NCBI GenBank assembly: GCA_965204535.1
Contig: CBDBEV010000001.1
Location: forward strand, 1,344,001 to 1,408,000
Length of the DNA: 64,000 bases
Direction: 5' to 3'
Origin: a bacterium
Lineage (GTDB): Bacteria; UBA8248
Shown here: positions 60,481-64,000 of the stretch, piece after piece
Numbering within the stretch: the stretch's first letter is position 1
How the letters are laid out: every line of letters begins with the position of its first letter
Program-made: the position numbers and the translations under genes
The notes under the pieces: model-generated
Seen by the model: only the letters and a program-made list of their open reading frames with translations
What the model was told of the DNA's origin: nothing
Databases searched by the model: none

Positions 60481-61188
60481 ATGAAAGCCAAGGACGTAAA
60501 GGTCGAAACGGATAACGGCGATGGCGCGAAGGCGGAAGCCGAAGCCGCGGAGTCGGTGGACGCGGAGGAAGAAGCCAAGGAAAAGCCGCGCGTCGTGGAC
60601 AGGCGGCGCGTCCGCGAAGACGGCGAGGTGACCGAGGAGAGCGAAGCGGAGGCCGAGGAAACCCCGCGCGTGCCCGCCTACGTGGAGCAACTCCAGGCGA
60701 AGGTCGCCGCCGCCGAGGAGAAGTTTAGGGAATATGTCGAGAAAATCGACAAGGATACGGCCGATTTCCGGGCGCGCCAGGAACGCGAGATGGAGCGGAG
60801 GACCCAGGAGGTGAAAAAACAGGCGGTCTCCGGTTTCCTGGGCATCGCCGACGATCTGGCGCGCGCCACGGCGGCCGTCGATAGCGAAACCTCTCAGGGG
60901 GAAAAAAGCGGTGCGCTGGATACCCTGGTGCAGGGCGTCCGGATGATTCAGGGCCGGTTTTTTCAGGAACTCTCGAATCTGGGGGTGGAGCCTCTATCGG
61001 CGATGGGCGCCGCTTTCAATCCCGAGGAACACGAGGCGGTGCGCATGGTCGAGGTGAGTGATGAGGCGCAGGACGGCCTTGTGGTCGAGGAGTTGGCTTG
61101 CGGCTACAGGCTGGGCGATGCGGTATTGAGGCCCGCGCGCGTCTCGGTGGGCAAGTACGCCGGCCCGCAGCCGGACGCGCGCCCTTGA
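60481..61188 (+). CDS. grpE: Nucleotide exchange factor GrpE
   Basis: ADF.., DDLARA, FNPEEHEAV, GYRLGDAVLRPARVSV. Confidence 0.92.
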   Translation: MKAKDVKVETDNGDGAKAEAEAAESVDAEEEAKEKPRVVDRRRVREDGEVTEESEAEAEETPRVPAYVEQLQAKVAAAEEKFREYVEKIDKDTADFRARQEREMERRTQEVKKQAVSGFLGIADDLARATAAVDSETSQGEKSGALDTLVQGVRMIQGRFFQELSNLGVEPLSAMGAAFNPEEHEAVRMVEVSDEAQDGLVVEELACGYRLGDAVLRPARVSVGKYAGPQPDARP

Positions 61189-61247
61189 ACCGGATGCGCG
61201 CGCATAGTATGTTCGCGTGTTTTCGATTTTAGGTACGAAGGGAAAAC

Positions 61248-62396
61248 ATGAGCAAGCGTGACTACTACGAAGTGCTGGGTGTAGACCGCAACGCGAGCGA
61301 CGCCGAGATCAAAAAGGCGTATCGCACGCTGGCGATGAAGCATCATCCCGATCGCAACTCCGGCGATGCGAAGGCGGAGGAGTTGTTCAAGGAAGCCTCC
61401 GAGGCCTACCAGGTGTTGAGCGAGCCCGAGAAGCGGAGCGCATATGACCGTTTCGGCCATGACGGGCTTCGGGGAATGGGGCATCAGGGTTTTTCGAGTT
61501 TCGACGATATCTTCTCCTCGTTCGGGGATATTTTCGGCGATCTGTTCGGCGGCGCATTCGCAGGCGGACGCTCCCGCCGAGACGGGCCGCGCCAGGGCCG
61601 GGACCTCGCCTATGAACTGGAGATGACGTTCGAGGAGGCGGCTTCGGGCATCGAGCGTGAAATCGAATTCGAGCGGCCCGTGGAATGCGTCTATTGCGGC
61701 GGAAGCGGGGCGAAGTCGCCCGATGCGATTCGCGAGTGTCCATCGTGCGGCGGAAGCGGGCAGATGTCCTACCGCCAGGGTTTCATGACCTTTTCCACCA
61801 CCTGCTCGGACTGCGGCGGCACGGGCAGGCGAATCACCGAACACTGCCCGGAATGCGGCGGTACCGGACGCCGCCTGGAGCAGCGGAAGATGAAGGTGAA
61901 GATTCCCCCCGGCGTGGACGAGGGCGCCAGGCTGCGCCTTCGCGAAGAGGGGGAAGGGGGCGCCAAGGGCGGGCCGGCGGGCGATTTGTTCGTCGTCGTC
62001 TCCATGCTCGCGCACGAGGAATTCGAGCGCAACGGGTCGGACGTGGCAAGCCAGGTATTCGTTTCGTTCTCCCAGGCCGCGCTCGGCGATACGGTGAAGG
62101 TGAGGACGCTTTACGGAGAATCCGAACTCGAGATACCCAAGGGGGTGCAGTCCTCGGACGTGCTCCGGCTCAGGGGCGAGGGATTCCAGCGCCTGGGGAG
62201 GAGAGGACGCGGCGATCACATGTTTTTGGTGCACGTCCGGACGCCGACGAGATTGACGCCGGACGAGGAAAAGCTGTTTGGCGAATTGTCGGAGATCGAA
62301 CGTGAGAAGGCGGGGAAAAACGGGACGGGCGGCGTCGCGGAAAACGGCGCCGGAAAAAAGGGCATTCTCGATAAATTGAGTTCTCTTTGGGGATAA
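61248..62396 (+). CDS. dnaJ: Chaperone DnaJ (type I)
   Basis: HPD J-domain, G/F region, four CxxCxGxG motifs. Confidence 0.96.
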   Translation: MSKRDYYEVLGVDRNASDAEIKKAYRTLAMKHHPDRNSGDAKAEELFKEASEAYQVLSEPEKRSAYDRFGHDGLRGMGHQGFSSFDDIFSSFGDIFGDLFGGAFAGGRSRRDGPRQGRDLAYELEMTFEEAASGIEREIEFERPVECVYCGGSGAKSPDAIRECPSCGGSGQMSYRQGFMTFSTTCSDCGGTGRRITEHCPECGGTGRRLEQRKMKVKIPPGVDEGARLRLREEGEGGAKGGPAGDLFVVVSMLAHEEFERNGSDVASQVFVSFSQAALGDTVKVRTLYGESELEIPKGVQSSDVLRLRGEGFQRLGRRGRGDHMFLVHVRTPTRLTPDEEKLFGELSEIEREKAGKNGTGGVAENGAGKKGILDKLSSLWG

Positions 62397-62464
62397 GCGC
62401 GCATTCAGGCAAATGAGAAGAGGCGGCGTCCGGTACCCCGGGGTCGGACGCCGGAGGGCAAGCG

Positions 62465-62983
62465 ATGGAAGAGGAAAACGTAGAAGATAAAGGGTTCAAG
62501 ATTTCCGACCGGAGATTCTCCGTGAGGGGATATGAGGATGAGGAATCGCCTGCTTCCGGAGGTGAAGGGCAGTTGTTCCCCCCGGATGCGGCGGATGAAG
62601 AGATGAATCCGCCAACCGGCGCGTTCGCGCCAGGTCCCGAGGCGATGGAGCCGGAACCGGCCCCACCCCCGGAGGTTCCGCAACCCCAAGCCGAAGAAAG
62701 GGAGCAGCCTCCGGCCGAAGACGCGGATGAGGAGGAAGACAAGAGTTTCGAGATGCTCATCGCCATCGTGCAGCAAAACGCTCTGGCGGCGATGGGCATT
62801 CATCCGCAAACCGGAGAGCGCATCGGGGCGGCGGACCCGCGAAGTTCGAAAATTTTCGTCGACTTGTTCGCCGCCCTCAAGGAGAAGACGGAAGGCAACC
62901 TTACCCAGGAGGAGGAGCACCTTCTGAATCAGGTTCACTCCGATCTGCAAATGATATATGTTCGGGAGGTTGGGTTCGGTTAA
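62465..62983 (+). CDS. DUF1844 domain protein
   Basis: GFKISDRR N-terminus, acidic/Pro linker, LKEKTEGNLT.EE..LL....DLQM.YV. Confidence 0.8.
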   Translation: MEEENVEDKGFKISDRRFSVRGYEDEESPASGGEGQLFPPDAADEEMNPPTGAFAPGPEAMEPEPAPPPEVPQPQAEEREQPPAEDADEEEDKSFEMLIAIVQQNALAAMGIHPQTGERIGAADPRSSKIFVDLFAALKEKTEGNLTQEEEHLLNQVHSDLQMIYVREVGFG

Positions 62984-63063
62984 GTCCGAAGGATCGGCGA
63001 GGCGCCGATTCGATGCGCGTCATCCCCAACAGTCCTTTTTGTTTACCTCATGCGGGAGATTAC

Positions 63064-63339
63064 ATGACCGTGTCCACGTCTTATGACGAGATGTTCGAAG
63101 AAGCGCTCGGTGTCGTCAAGAATCGCTTTCTGCTTTCGGTGCTGCTCGCCAAGCGGGTGGCCCAGCTCAGGCGGGGTGCGGAGCCTCTGGTTCCCTCACA
63201 GTCCCACGAGACGCCCGAGGAGATCGTGTTCCGCGAGATTATCGAGGAAAAACTGGAGTGGCGAAAGACCGCGTCGGCCCTTGATTTGACCGACATTGAC
63301 CAGGGCTTCATGGATGTCGGGTTCGACGACGAGGCGTAG
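63064..63339 (+). CDS. rpoZ: RNA polymerase omega subunit
   Basis: NRFLLSVLLAKRVAQLRRGAEPLV...FREI. Confidence 0.85.
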   Translation: MTVSTSYDEMFEEALGVVKNRFLLSVLLAKRVAQLRRGAEPLVPSQSHETPEEIVFREIIEEKLEWRKTASALDLTDIDQGFMDVGFDDEA

Positions 63340-63499
63340 TTTCGCCTGAAAGCGCACGCCGGCCGCTGCCCGGGGAACCGGGCGGCGGTTTTTGTTGGGA
63401 ATGAAATCTTTCAGTTGACGACCCCTTTTTGCCTGTCGATTCATCACCCTTTCTTCAAAACCGATTTTTCCTGCATAGGTTTTCCCGCTCTCGCGTTGA

Positions 63500-64000
63500 G
63501 GGGTTGTTGAAAAAGCTCCTGATTTCGTGATTCGGCGTATGTAGCCAACCGGGGAGGGGGGTAGGGACAACCCCCTGTGGTTGTCCCTTGCAGAACAGGG
63601 CATCGGACAGGCACGCGGGCCTGTCCCTACAGCCCTTGCGACTTTGTTCGTCATTCCGGCGAAAGCCGGAATCCATTTTCGCCTTTGCTTTTTCGCCTCC
63701 TCGTTCGGACGTTTTTACTCCCAGGCAGGGAGGATCGGGATCGAACACAAAAAGGAAAGGCGGATTCCCTGAATTTCGAATCTGGACGCCGCGCGACAAC
63801 AAGGTCGTGGCCGCCCCGCCCGGTAAAAAGTCAAAATGGATTCCGGCTTTCGCCGGAATGACGGCGGGAGGATTTACGGTTTTCGTAGGGGTCAGACATA
63901 TATGTCTGACCTATACTTGTGCCGCTGATGGGATCGCCTATGCGCAATCGGGCTCTGTCCCGCCCCGCTCACCCTGAAAACCAACCCCCCCTACCCCCCC
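63500..64000. repeat. Composite MITE/REP array (runs off the window end)
   Basis: TIR GGGGTTGTTGAAAAAG (63500-63515); GTAG doublet 63561-63630; CGTC doublet 63649-63675 / 63837-63863; GTAG palindrome 63885-63911; start of the 31824-type repeat at 63983. Confidence 0.75.

Noticed and set aside
19481-64000. Possible CRISPR arrays in the repeat-rich intergenic regions
   Set aside because: The repeats are inverted palindromic doublets without regular unique spacers, and no cas genes are present.

Overview
GC-rich bacterial chromosomal window made up mostly of housekeeping genes: rplM-rpsI, argC-argJ, rpsB-tsf-pyrH-frr-uppS-cdsA-dxr, pgpA-cinA-thpR-recA, def-fmt-rsmB-PASTA-rpe, ffh-rpsP-rimM-trmD-SPOUT-rplS, rnhB-yraN, tolC-ruvX-mltG-receiver protein-valS-birA-coaX, ribF, tRNA-Leu(CAG), and a heat-shock cluster clpB-dnaK-cbpA/dnaJ-hspR-htpX-grpE-dnaJ followed by DUF1844 and rpoZ. 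The gene content suggests a diderm of the Deltaproteobacteria-like/Nitrospinota/Tectomicrobia grade (inference only). Accessory content: vapBC and AbiE-type toxin-antitoxin pairs, an orphan DctP, a TbpB-like lipoprotein, a very long coiled-coil OmpA/MotB protein, a MarR-LLM-cyclase unit, and nested MITE/REP-like repeats. The most notable signal is hidden from the ORF track. Two convergent genes at 50.5-52.3 kb each contain an in-frame UGA followed by a hairpin: an ArsC-like UxxC protein and a B12-binding radical SAM protein with a C-U-A-E-P tail, next to an IscA-type Fe-S carrier. Together they form a candidate selenocysteine-dependent (organo)metalloid module. Also notable are a RomR/PopZ-like pseudo-receiver protein upstream of valS, a long structured recA leader, and helically phased AT-rich repeats after recA and before clpB. 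All calls come from reading the sequence; no searches were run.
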